From: Octopus bimaculoides
Taxonomy: Eukaryota
DNA: 64,000 nt
Assembly (NCBI RefSeq): GCF_001194135.2
Contig: NC_069005.1
Location: forward strand, 690,521-754,520
Direction of reading: 5' to 3'
The notes beneath the pieces are model-generated. The model worked only from the letters and a program-made list of their open reading frames with translations, was not told the DNA's origin and ran no database searches. A program made the position numbers and the translations under genes. Below are positions 24,500-37,700 of this stretch, piece by piece (position 1 is the first letter of the stretch; each line of letters begins with the position of its first letter).

Positions 24500-24599
24500 T
24501 GAAGTCTGAAATTAAATTAAAGGAAAATATGAAATTTGAAAGACAAAACCTCAAACAGGTATCTACAGTAGCACCCTTTATGCCTCTTCATTGTTCTGC

Positions 24600-25490
24600 A
24601 TCCATGAACAGTAACAATGTTGGGAACATCCTTAAATGGGGACATGGTAAGTTGGTGTCCTTCCACCCCCAAGTACAACATATATCAAAGCAAACAGGTT
24701 TCTACCTGTACCCTCTGGTTATGAACAACAACACAGCTAAACCTTTCGCAGGGGTTGCAACCACCACAAAAGCTCTCAACTTCTGGTGATCTCTCATTGA
24801 AGCTTCACAGACCATTGCCAAAAGGAATTTGTGATTTGTCCACCTTCCTACTTACTAAGACTTTGGTTTTTTTTTTGGTTAACTCTAAGGCCCTTTGATT
24901 CTAATCCTTGCTTCCACACCTGAAACTTCTTCTCTAGTTCTTATAGTGATTCAACTATAAGAGCAAGGTCATCAGCATAGAGGAGTTCCCAGGGGCAACC
25001 TGTCTTGGATTCCTGTTATTGCTTGGAGGACTATGATGAANNNNNNNNNNNNNNNNNNNNNNNNNNNNNNNNNCTATGATGAACAAGAGGGGGCTGAGGA
25101 CTGATCCTTGGTGAACCCCTAAATGTACCTCAAATTCTTCGCTATACTTGTTGCCAACCCTCACCTTACTGACAGCATCCCTGTACATGGCTTGTACAGC
25201 TCTCACCAACCATTCATATATCCCTAGTTTCTGCATTGACCACCAGATAAGGGATTGTCAGCAAAACCCAAGTACAGAGGTTTATCTTTGGAGAGATATT
25301 TCTCCTGCAGCAGTCGGACCAGAAATATAGCATCAGTGGTGCTTCTCCCTAGCATAAACCCAAACCACTTCTCATCTAAACTAATTCTCTCCCTAATTAG
25401 TTGGGCTATGACCGTCTCCGTAATTGGGTTTGATATAACTGGGCCCTCCACACTTCTCTATAGCCTTGTTTTTACAGTAGAAATCTTTAT
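24600..25490 (-). mobile_element. Degraded non-LTR retrotransposon (RTE-like LINE) reverse-transcriptase fragment
   Basis: Broken frames give FGFMLGRSTTDAIFLVRLLQEKY, LIWWSMQKLGIYEWLVRAVQAMY, GVHQGSVLSPLLFII and ELLYADDLAL (YADD at 24968-24979), with stops and frameshifts. Confidence 0.88.
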
Positions 25491-25584
25491 AAGAGCAAGG
25501 GAATGGCAGATTCAATGGAGAATAGCATAAGACGTAATCACACATTCATGCAAATGCATAAATCCAGATACATACACACACACA

Positions 25585-26720
25585 CCTGCACAGCTGAATC
25601 AAAACCGGAACTAAAGAAGAAATTTCAGGTATGGAAGCAAGGACTGGAGTCAAAAGGGGCCTTAGAGTTTATTCAGCAAAGGCCAAAGTATCGATAAGTA
25701 GGAAAACACAAATTACAGATCCCTTCAGGGAGATGGCCCTGTTCGATATGTAGAAAAGGTGTTAGGGTAAACTCCATACGGTGTACCCGGTGCAAGCTAT
25801 GGACACATAAGTGCAGTGGTATCACTGGAAAGTAGCATTTACATGTGGCAGATGTGAAATACATGAAACACCAAGAATGTACAAAAAAGAGAATCCCTCA
25901 AATGTCAGAATAGTAGACAGTTTCTGTTACTTAGGTGACAAGTTAGTAGTGGTGGAGGTTGTTCTGAAAGCATAGCTGCAAGAATAAGAATAGGCTGGGT
26001 AACGTTCAGAGAGCTACTACTTGTGTTAGTAAGAAAAGGCCTGTCCCTCAGAGTGAAAGGCAGATTGTATGATGCCTGTGGATGAACAGCCATGCTTCAT
26101 GGCAGTGAGACATGAACTGTGACTGTTGAGTGTACATAGAAAGGCTTGAAAGAAATGAAGCTAATATACTCTGCTGGATGGATAATATCAGTGTGCAAAT
26201 ACGTATTTGAGCTGAGAGAGAAAAACTGGGTATACATGGGCATCAGGTGTAGCGTGCAAGAGAGAAGACTGCACTGGTATGGCCATGTAATGCATATGAA
26301 TGAAGACAATTGCATCAAGAGGTACCAATCTCTAAATGTGGAGAGAACATGTAGAAGGGGTAAAGCTAGCAAGACATGGGACAAAGTGGTGAGAAAGGAT
26401 CTCCAGACGTTGGGCCTCACAGAAGGGATGACAAGAAACCAAGAGCCCTGATGGTTTGTTGAGCTTGAAAAGACATGTCAAGCTAAGTAAAATTGAGGCT
26501 GTCCTTGCATACAGGCAGGTTCCCCACATCCCTCTTCAGCTGAGTGTTTCTAATCTTGCGGGTGCCATGTAAAAGCATCCAGTACACACTCTGTAAAGTG
26601 GCTGGTGTTAGGAAGGGCAACCAGCTGTAGAAACCATGCCAAAGCAGACATGAAACCAGGGCAGTTCCTGTCAAACCGTCCAACCCATACCAGGGAAATG
26701 GAAAACGGACGTTAAATTAT
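25585..26720 (+). mobile_element. 5'-truncated RTE-like LINE: post-RT region, Cys-rich segment, C-terminus and 3' tail
   Basis: KKFQVWKQGLESKG, WPCSICRKGV...CTRCKLWTH, FCYLGD, ERRLHWYGHV, RRGKASKTWDKVVRKDL. Followed by the 3' tail (..gtccaacccatacc...ggaaaacggacgttaaa) shared with many short repeats in the window. Multiple stops. Confidence 0.85.
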
Positions 26721-27999
26721 GATAAACATATGCAATACAAACACAAAATGTTTTAATTACACATTTATATATACATAATATACATATATGCATACACACA
26801 CATAATGAACAACATAGCACGAATCAGAAGTACTGAAAAAAACAACTTAAATATTTTGACACTCGAAAGCTTTCTCTTTGCCTTTTGTATTGTAACTACT
26901 ACGGCTTCTGCACCCTCGTAACTCCTCCCTTCACTATACCCACTCTTTCTCCTACAATTCCCCACCCGCTATATCGACAGTTTACGAGGAAACATTAATT
27001 ATCGGGATATGTCTCATATCCGAGCCCTCGTCCTTATCATTATTCAGCAAAATGGTAGAATCGTTAGCACGATGGGCAAAAATCATGAGCGGCATTTCGT
27101 CTGTCTTCAAGCTCTGAGTTTAAATTTGGCCGGGGCCGATAAAATAAGAACCAGTTGAATACTGAGGATCGAAATGTAATCAATCTATCCCTTTCTCCCA
27201 ACGTACTGGCTTTGGGCCAAAATTTGAAATCAATATTTTTTTTTTCTGGCTTTACGTTCGGAGTTCAAATTCCGCTGAGGTGGACGTTACCTTTCATCTT
27301 TTCGGAATCGATCAAAGAAATACTTGTCAAATACTGGAAATCAATGAAATCAACTAGCCCCCACCCCCACCGCCTCACACAAAATTGCAGGCCTTGTGCT
27401 TGAAATTCTGGGGGAGGGGGCAACTCATTTTCATCATAATAGAAAGGGTTATTACTCTTACAAGGACAGGCAAACTAGCAGAATCGTTACCGCATTTTAC
27501 AAAATACTCGGTAGCATTTCATCTGGCTTTTTCATTCCGAGTTCAAACCCAGCTGAGGTCGACTTAGTTTTTGATCCTTTTGTCGGATACCAGTTAAGTG
27601 AACCTAATCGACTTAACTACCTTCCCTAAATTCAGGCCTTATGTCTAGAGTAGAAACAATTATAAAGATTGTGATTGTTAGGAATTTAGCCGAATTCGGA
27701 GGCTCTGTTTACTAATCTAGACACAATAAAAGGGGGAGTGTTTGTGTGTGTGGTGGGGGGACGTGTTTCTTTTACTTCAACCTTATATAAGTTGGATGAA
27801 AAGTGCTGTATTTCACTGTTGTTTCAAATACATAAACCAAGTAAGCACAGTGCTTGGTCTTTTTTTGCGAAAATAAAAATAACATTTTAACTTTTATTCT
27901 TGAGGCAAGTCGAAGACGTCTCTATGTGATTGTTCTAACTTACGAGAAATAGCAGCCAAATCTCCTTCAAAACATACACTAGTCTCAAAGCAAGAAAGA

Positions 28000-29400
28000 A
28001 GAACGGATAATGTAGTCTTGAGAAGACGGAGTGGTCACGGTTGGAAAAAAATCTGATGATAAGTCTGAGTGTCGTGGTGTCTCAGGCAGGTAGACAAGAG
28101 AAACCTGCTTCAGTGTCTTTAAGAATTAAGGCGACATATGTGGTGGATATTCTATTAACATGAAAAAGACTGGCTCTCGTAATAATAATAATTGTTGTTG
28201 TGATGGAAGCAACAAAATCTGGTCTGTTTTTACGAGGCGGAAGTAAGAGGATTGAGTGACATTCATGCTTGTCACGGGCAAGAATATCAAAAACCAAAGA
28301 TGAACATAAGGTAACAAATTTATAACTGAACGAAACAAAGAATGTGTGGTAGTCATGCCTTTTCGACAACAACAACAATAATAACGGTAACTAAAATATG
28401 CCAATACCAACAGGACACGAAGAAGAAGCGGCGGCGGTAAAGGTATTTGGTTGAATTAAGGAGATTTTAGCTTGGAATTTTAATGGTTTTTCTTTTTTTG
28501 TGGGATTTAGAGAAAAATACAAATAACAGACTAGAGACGAAATAGAATTCTATCTCTCTCTCTCTCAAATAATAAATTAAATTAAACACAAAACAAACAA
28601 GAGCATCGTTGTTGTTGTCCCGTCTTTTACAACCAAACTGTTCTGGGTTTGGTGAATGGAACGGAATACAGGTAAATGGATAATTATATTAATTAAAGAC
28701 AAGACGAACAATTAAGGGTTAGTCGAGAGGATGGAAGTAAAGAACATTAAGCATTTGAAGGCGACAAAAAAATATTAATTAATAACGGATACAAGTGGTT
28801 AGTTCTTACATTAATGTCGTCTTGCAATAATCGACTACAACAAAAAACGGAGCCATTCACTGCGGAGACACCGCGCTGACGAGTGAGGTGGTGGTGGCGG
28901 CGGTGATAGTGACTACATAGACACATACACATATATAGAGAGAGACACACACATACACGTGTGTTGGACTTTTACACACAATCGCCTCGATGAGAATTTA
29001 TATAAACATACATTAACAGAATATTTTTAAATTTAATTATTTTCAAATAAAAATGTAAAAGGAAAAAAAATGATACTTACAAATGAGAAACATTTCGGTA
29101 CATTTATTATGATAATTATATATATATTTTAATATAATTATTGTAATGATTATTTGAAATGTTCGTATTTTTTGTTTTGATATTATTTACATATTTTTTT
29201 TCCAATTATTATATCGTTTACTGCTGCAACTATTATTTCTATACTATTACGAAACTAAGACTCTATCATTAAACTTAATTACATTCCCGCGCTACACCTC
29301 CTCACAACGAGGCTCCACTTAATCCTCGAGCCCAGCCTCGTTGTCGTCACCGGAAGTAAATCTTGCAGCACACTAAATAAATAAAAATGTCAATAATTTT
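28000..29400. promoter_or_regulatory. CpG-enriched candidate promoter / first exon of the TRMT2A-like paralog
   Basis: Local CpG and GC enrichment (gcggcggcgg, ccgcgctgacg). ETS-type CCGGAAGT at 29350-29357 and GCGGAAGT at 28237-28244. Candidate minus-strand first exon ending at a GTAAGA donor (28809-28804). Copy B's start exon has an acceptor at 24506-24507 and so needs an upstream UTR exon. Confidence 0.35.
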
Positions 29401-31783
29401 TTTAAAATCGTTTCTAATTGTTCTCTCTGAATATGGAGGTAGATCCGAATAAAACTTTCGTCTAAAGTCTTACTACTATTTATTTTTAAGTAAACAAAGA
29501 TGGCAGCTTGCTTCCCAACCACATCGTTCCGGGTTCAATCCCTCTGCGTGACACCTTGAGCGAGTGTCCTCTACTGTAACCCCAGACCAACTAAAGCCTT
29601 GTGAGTGGATTTCGTGGACAAAAACTGAATCCATATACATATATGTGTGTGTGTGTGCATCCAACCACCGCTTCACAATCGGTATTCGTTTGTTTACGCC
29701 CCCGGAAATTAGCCGTTCGGCAAGAAAGATTGATTTTCAACATTCAATACATTGAAGGCTTTAAACAAAACCTAAGTTGAGATTAGGAGTGTGATTCGTG
29801 ACATTTGCATTGGTTTTTCCCTTCAGTCAACACAATTTGAAGTATAAAGTGTTTTTTAAGACACCACATCTTTGAAATGGTTTTTTTTTTTGGACGGTTC
29901 TATGTATATACTTTGGGCTAGCAATCTGAATTCATCTTGAGTATTCTGTACAGATGAGCTGAAATAAATGAAATACTGATATCTGTTTATGCCTTTCAAT
30001 TCCACATTCAAAAGATACACAACATAACAGTGGTATAAATGATATTTCTGCTCTATACAACATAGTACATTATTTCACTCATTAGCAGGATATATAGGTT
30101 CAATTTAGTAACATTTGATCATGAAAACTCATTGAATAGATAACCAACCTGTTAATTTCAGATGACTGAGAAGTCCCAGTTGTAGAGTTTCTGCCCATCC
30201 TAGTCATTGGCAGAGCAAGCGAAATAATTGCAAGTGGTAATTAAGCCTGTTTGGGTCGCAAGGTGCTAATTCCATATGTTAACATTTTGTTACCATATTC
30301 TCCTGTAAATATGCCACCTTTGTTTCAAATGATTTTGAAAATAATGAAGAATTTAGAACAATAACTTTTTTTCAGAAGAAAAATTAACACAAAATTTTGA
30401 TGGAAGAAAGTTTTAATTTTGATCACTCTGAAAAAGTAAATTTTTATCATTAGAACCAGGGTCGTTCTCTAAAGGGTTGAATTATCAACATATAAATAAT
30501 GATAAACAATAAACAGATGTAACACAAACTGCAATTTATTCCAATAAGTAATAGCAATATGGGAGCAACTCAAGGGTCTGTTTTAGGTTGTCATTGCTGG
30601 CCAGGGCTTTATGAGATTGGAGTGCAAATCCTAGTTGGACCACTTTTAGTCACCTTTTATGACACAGGGAAGAAATGCTGGGTCTATCCTTAGACGTGCC
30701 TAAACCTGTTGAGGAAATATTTTTGCTAAATTGAACTCATTCTGATTTCCAATCCCAATGAAAGCTACTTCACTTTATTAATGCTCCCACCCCACCCCCC
30801 GAAAGGTCCGAAATCAACAGCATTCAATTCCAGTCAACCTATAAGTCCCAAGCTGTCTCTCACCATCATTGTTCTAATGTCCACTTTTCCATGATTGCAT
30901 GGCTTGGATGGAATTTGTTGAGGCAGATTTTTAATGGCTGGATGCTTTTCCCTTTGCTAACCCTCACCTATTTCCAAACGAGGGAATATTTCTGCATGAC
31001 TAGACATATTTTCATAAAAGATGGCAACAAGCAACACCACTTGGATAACAGTGACACTCATTTACAAATATCACACTATGTCAAGACAAAAACACACACC
31101 CATACACAATGAACTTATTCCAGTTTCTCTTTATGAAACACAGTCACAAAGCTTTGGCAGGCCTTGGGCAATAGTGAAAGATGCTTGCTCAAGATACCAT
31201 GCAGTGAGACTGAACCTGGAGCCATGTGGTCAATAAGAAAGCTTAACACCACAGTCACACCTGTGAATCTATACAGGAAAACAAACAATATGCTGTGATT
31301 GATTCAATTCTATGAACCATAAACAGAAAATGTCCGACAAAAGGACCCAGTTTTTTGTTCACTGACAGCCAGAACAGGATGAAGAACAGACATGTTTGTG
31401 ATAAAACTGGACTTTTCTACTCTCATGCCGAGGTCCCTGGCCAGTATTACACGTCTTCTTAATACACATGGTTATGTCCCCTGAAAGACCAAGCACTTTC
31501 TTTGATTCCCCACATTCTTATATATTCTACAGTAACCAAACCCACAAATTGGCCTTAAACCTTCAGATGTTATCTCAAACATAAGACAGATCAGGGAAAC
31601 CATAAAGCAACAGTTTTATTTCTCATATGTTCATCTGATGAGAGGCATATGTAGACAGTCCATCATATCAAAAAATATGAAATATATTTTAAAAATAATA
31701 TCAATCATTTACATTGTCATGATTATAATCATCATCATCAGCATTATAATCACTACTAACTTCATTTACTTTTCATATAATTG

Positions 31784-34700
31784 TTAAGATTGCATTGCAA
31801 CTTCACAGTCACTGCCGTCTGGTTTACACACTACCTCTGTTTCACAGACTTGCTTTGGCTCGCATACTTTCTCTGGTTCATTAACCTCCTCTGGTTTGCA
31901 AACTTCCACTGGTTCACAGACTTGCTTTGGTTCAGGAACTGCCTCCGATTCACAGACTTTCTGTGGCTCACAGACTTTCTCTGGTTCACAGACTTTCTCT
32001 GGTTCCTGAACTGCCTCTGGTTCACAGACTTTCTCTGGTTCCTGAACTGCNNNNNNNNNNGAACTGCCTCTGGTTCACAGACTTTCTCTGGTTCCTGAAC
32101 TGCCTCTGGTTCACAGACTTTCTCTGGTTCCTGTCTTCTCTCAAACATCACAACGAGTTCACAGTGCTTGGTATGTGGGAAAAGGTCGACTGGAATGGCT
32201 TTCACAGCAAAAAACGGCTCTCCTTTATTCCTCCGTGACTTGGGCCTCATTAAACTGCAAAAAGAGGAGGAGATTTTTAACAAAATAAAAGAACTTTTAG
32301 GTCTGAGGTGAAAATAAAAAAGTCCAGTTGTAAATTAAGATATAGTTCAGAACTGACAAACATAACAGCAAAGGTGAAAAACGGAAGATTGTCTCACAAG
32401 GTGACTTCTATACTTTGTACACACACACACACAAAGGCCACGGTGAGATATCTTTGATTGTGGGTCTGCTTAATTATAAATATGTAGAAAATGAGCAACT
32501 CAGTTGAGTGGTTAAGAGGTTTGCTTAACAGTCACAGGGTCATGAGTTCAATCCCACTGTCTGGTATCTTGTGGTAAAAGTATCTTTTACAGTCTTGAGT
32601 GAACCCAAGTATTGTGAGTAAGAAATTGGGAAGGTGGAAACTGAGTGGAAACTGTGTGAATTTCAAAGTGGACAAGGCTGGCTTTCTTCAGGGCACTCAT
32701 AGACGGCATTTATCACTATGAAGATGGAATTTGGACAATGAAGGAACTCCTAGATCACATTGATGGTACATATGCTGGGATTCTAATAAGGGGTCAAAAC
32801 ATGGCACAATCACAAGACCATAATGGAATCCATGAACCAATTCCACCCATTCCTATTATTGTTGTTCAATGCAGAATAGCCTTTGCTGGTCATTGGTATT
32901 GTGCTGAATAGCAGACCATATTGTGTGAGATTTTGGAGACTTTTACCCCTTAATAAAGGATGAAGACCCCTCAATTACATTGATGTTATTTGGTAGAGAT
33001 ACACAACATGAAATTGAGGAGCTACCATAATTAATAAGGGACAGAGATACTTGGTGTGGTGTGGGGAAAATGGATCTCAGTTGAGGAGGCTTTACCCACA
33101 TCAAAACAATAACTTACTCGGTGAAATTCTGAATGGCAGCCACAGGGTTACACGAGATGTAGATCACTCGATGGATGAAATGACAGCGGCGAAGGGCGTA
33201 CATTACTTTGGGTTCTGTAAAAACAAAAGTTGATAATGTCACACGGTTGAGAAGGAAAGACAGATTTGTGTTTTTGAATTGTTGTTTATGCTAAAGATAA
33301 ATACTAAATTGCAACATGGAAGCAACTACAAACCATCATTTCTAAGATACACATAAAGGCCTCAAAAAACCGGGATAACATCAATTGATGATTGAATCAG
33401 TAGTTCACAGGTACTTTATTTTTCAAACATCCAGAAGAATAAAAGTTTTATGCTCAAACTGGTTAGATCTGGCCTCTCCCACCGACCCACCAATGTCATT
33501 GTAAAAATAAACAATCAAATCATCAAAATCTTGATGATACAGGATGATGCATTACATTTGAGAGAGGAATTCAAATATTAAAGGGTCAAACTGGAATTAC
33601 TTACGCAGTCCCGGTCGAGGAGGATCAACAATGGCAACGGCCCTCTGACCCCTTGACCAGCTCCTCAGTTTCTCGGCAGCTTCTTCAGCTCTTGAGCAGT
33701 GGAACTCAATGTTTTTAATATCTGGAAGACAAGAATAGGTCAAATTTAATCCAATTTCATAACAGATTTGTGATAAACCCAAACAAACAAAATATTATTT
33801 ACACCAGCCTAAGTTGGGATTAAGAAAAATCTTGCTGCATCCTGACAATGAGATGCTTTTTGAGAGCTGAGCCCAAGATGTGATCACCACCATCATCATC
33901 ATCGTTTAATGTCCGTTTTCCATGATGGCATTGGCAGGACAGTTTGAGAGCAACTAGAAGCTCAGAACACTGTTCCAAACTCTGCTGCCAACTTTGGCAC
34001 GGTTTCTACGGCTGGTTACCCTTCATAACACTGACGACTTTACAGAGTGTTTCGGGTGGCACCAGCAGTGGTGAGGTCACCAAGTAACTTACAAGACAAG
34101 ATCCCCACAACTGGGGTGGGGGTGGGGAGTTAGTATTGAGGGACCGAAAAGTGCCTTATATTAGAAGAGAGACATGGCTTCCTCAGAAGGAGAGAAAGAA
34201 GGTGAAGACATGATAGGGGGAGAGCAAGGACCGTACACCCAAGTTACAGGGTGGTTCATGTAGTGCTCTTGTTTTTGATATAACAATAATGCTTTCAAAC
34301 TTTGGAACAAGGCCAGCAAGTTCGGTGTGATGGGGGGAAAGTAGAAGTCAATTCCATTGACCCCAGTTCTCAACAGTCACTTATTTTATTGACCCCAAAT
34401 GGATGAAAGGTAAAGTCAACTTCAGCAGAATTTGAACTCACAACGTAAGGACAGACGAAATGCTACTAATTATTTTGCCCAGCATGCTAACGATTCTGCT
34501 AGCTTGCTACCTTAATAAATAATATGATCATTGATTAATTCGCAGAGAAAAATCTTACCATTTAGTTTTGCATTCTTCTTAGCATCTTCAATGGCAGCAG
34601 GACAAACTTCCACACCCAAAACCCTTTGCACATGCTGAAACATTCAATAGAATAGAATTACATATGTGAAGACATGAAAGACAAGGCTCTTTTTCAATAG

Positions 34701-37700
34701 AATAGAATTACATATGTGAAGACATGAAAGACAATTCATTGTCCCCCATCCAAAGTTCATTTTCCATGCTGCTCAGTCATTTCACATCCACGGTTTCTAT
34801 GCTTGGCAACACTCAGAAACTACATAATTTGCTTCCCATCTAAGCACAAAAAAATAAAGAAAATCAGAAAAATGGAAAGCTAGTTCCGTACCTTGGCTAG
34901 AGTAAGACCGATGGTACCTGTACCACAACAGATATCAAGAACGACACTGTCTTTTTCAAGTTGACACCAATCAGCAACAAGAGAATAAAGTAAGGCCGTG
35001 GCTGGGTTGTTGACTGCAAAATGAGAAACATTCAAAATATCAAGAAATTCCACTCAAAAAATATCAGACATGATTCTTCAGTGATTAGCGAGAAAGTTAA
35101 CGGTGCCAATGTCAAAAAGTTAATGGTAGTTGGTTTCCTAAAAAACAGTTTGTTTATGACAGGTAAATGCTTCCTGGATAAAGAAAAGTAAGAACTTTAA
35201 CCCTTGTGATAAACAACTCGCCCAAGACTGCTCTTGGTTCTATGATATGAACTTGTTTTTAAAGTGAACTAAATTAAAATCTTCCATCAAAATTTGATAT
35301 CAATTTATCTCCCAGACAAAGTTATTTTATTACACTCTTCATTAATTAAAAAATTAATTGAAACAAAGGCAGTGTATTTCAGCAGAAACAAGGTAATGGA
35401 ACAGGATAATGGGGGTAATTAAAGAGATAATTAAGGTAATGGAACAGGATAAAGAAGTCAAAACACACAAATGAAGACTAACTTTGCAGATAATTTTCTT
35501 CATGGAGGTATAAGGAAAACACAACATAGTTTTAATAAACATACTTTTAGCCTCAAGAAAAAAGTAGGTACGTTTATTTTTTTTTTAATCTGTGGCTAGA
35601 AAAATGAGACTTGCCTGACTAGTTTTAGCAATTTTAATGTCCCATCAGAGTTTGGTTACTCATTTTCCTGACTACAGAGAGAAAACGAAAGCTTACAAAG
35701 GATTCACTGGATGGTCAAGAAGTTTGTCTAAGATTCTGATCTTTACTGGTAACCCCAGTGTCCAATCTCCAACCAGATTTTACATCAAGTTAAAAGACAA
35801 AAACCCCTGTGACATCTTTAACGATAACAGCATTTTAACCTCACTGGCACAGAGAGAAATTATGATGGTGCCACAAGTGCCAATGTTGACAAGTGCTGAA
35901 TAACAATGGTATTAACTGAACTAATTTTTCTAGATCAACTCACAGGTTAAGTACAACTACATATACTTTCAACAAACAACTGAGATGATGATGTTGGTGG
36001 TGATGATGATGATGAACATATTTTTATATAAATTAATGACTTACTTTGAAAAAATGCATCAGGAGAAATTTGAAAACTCAGACCCAATAAATTTTCAGTA
36101 ATCCACTGAAATATAAAAAATAACCAAACAAAATAATGACCATATAAATGATTTAAAGGTAAATGGAAGAATATTGCAAAATAAGAATAATTAGTAATCT
36201 ACACTAAAGGGGAGTAGACTGGTAAAATCGGTAGAGTGACAGAAAAAAAAACCTTGTGGTAGTTCTTCTGGGTCTTTATATTCTCAGTTCAAATCCAGCT
36301 GAGGTTGATAAAATAATGTACCAGTTATGTCCTGGTACATTATGTCATCATCATCATTGTTTTCATGTCTTTTTCTAGGCTTGCAGAGGTCAAATGGAAT
36401 TTGTTGGAAGAAGATTTTCCTTGGCTGGATGCCCTTCCTGTCACCAACCTTAGTTTCCAAGTGAGTAAATATCTCATGGAAGATTGGAAACAAACAGCAC
36501 TGCTTATATGAAGGTGACATTCATTTACAAATATCACACAAAGTCAAGATGAAGAGGCAAAACACACGGCAGCAAGCAGGTAGTGGCATTCTTGTGGAAA
36601 TTTACATTCTGAGTTCAAATCCTGCCTCAGTCAACTCTGTCTTTCATCCCTTCATGGTTGATAAACTTTCAGTCAAGTCCTGGGATCGATGTAATAGACT
36701 TATTCCTTGCCACCTTCATAACTGTTAGCCTTGACTTCTGCAACGGACCAGTGTCCGCTTGGTGAGAAACATTGTGGTCCCCGGTCATTCATACATCATG
36801 GAAACCAGGCAACCAACTATATGAGTCCTAAGTCTCAAGAAGAGCACAAACAACAGGACTCTTTCAGTTCCTATCTATGAAATCCATTCACAAGGCTTCT
36901 GGTCAGCCAGAGGCTAGAGAGGAAGATCCTTGCCTAAGGTGCCATGCAATGGGACTGAACCATGAACCATGTGATTGGGAAGCCGTGCCTGTGCCTATAT
37001 TCGAAAATCATCATCACCACCTTGATAACATACCTGAATCCAAGGATGAATAACAAGGGAAAAACCAGAAGAGGAAAGGGGGGGGGGGACAATAAATTGT
37101 TTTATGTTTTTAGGAGAGAAATTCAGTGTTGAGTGAATTGAACTGGTTTCAAATGGGAAATGATGAGATTATGTTTGCCTGAGGGGGTCAAACCCTAGCC
37201 AACTCAGTGATAAGGATCCTTGTACCAACGATGGAGATGAGACAGTTGTTCAATCCGTTAGAAATAACAGCCAAATTACACCATACTATCATAAAAACAA
37301 AAGGATACGTTGGACAATGTAGTCCTAATATTGAAAAAGGACAGTGGCCATGGTTGTACTGTCTTCGATCACAAGACTGCTCAGTCTTTCTGATTTAGAC
37401 CCAAGGCTAGCAATTTCGAGGAAAGGGGGTCAGTAGCTGATACCATTGATCCCTAGTATTTGACTGGTACTTTAATTTATCGACCCTCAAAGGATGAAAA
37501 GTGAAGTTAACCACAGCAGATTTTGAACTCAGAACATAAAGCACAAGAACAAACCCTGAAAGACATTTTCTCCAATGCCGTCATGATTCTACCAACCACT
37601 GCCCTAACCTAGGGTCAATTTACACAATAACAACAACAACAACAACAACAACAATTACAGAAAAACAAAATCTACTTCCTCTGACCTCATTGCCCATCAA

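Noticed and set aside
25031-25083. Insertion inside the LINE RT at the 33-N gap
   Set aside because: ctatgatgaa appears on both sides of the gap and the peptide reads through (LLFIIVLQAIT) if the sides are merged, so this is a spurious contig overlap.
24600-26720. A single 5'-inverted (twin-primed) LINE insertion
   Set aside because: Both arms contain the same ~140-nt segment with visible divergence, which fits two independent insertions better.
31810-32133. CRISPR-like array
   Set aside because: Contiguous in-frame tandem units with no unique spacers, in a eukaryotic coding exon.
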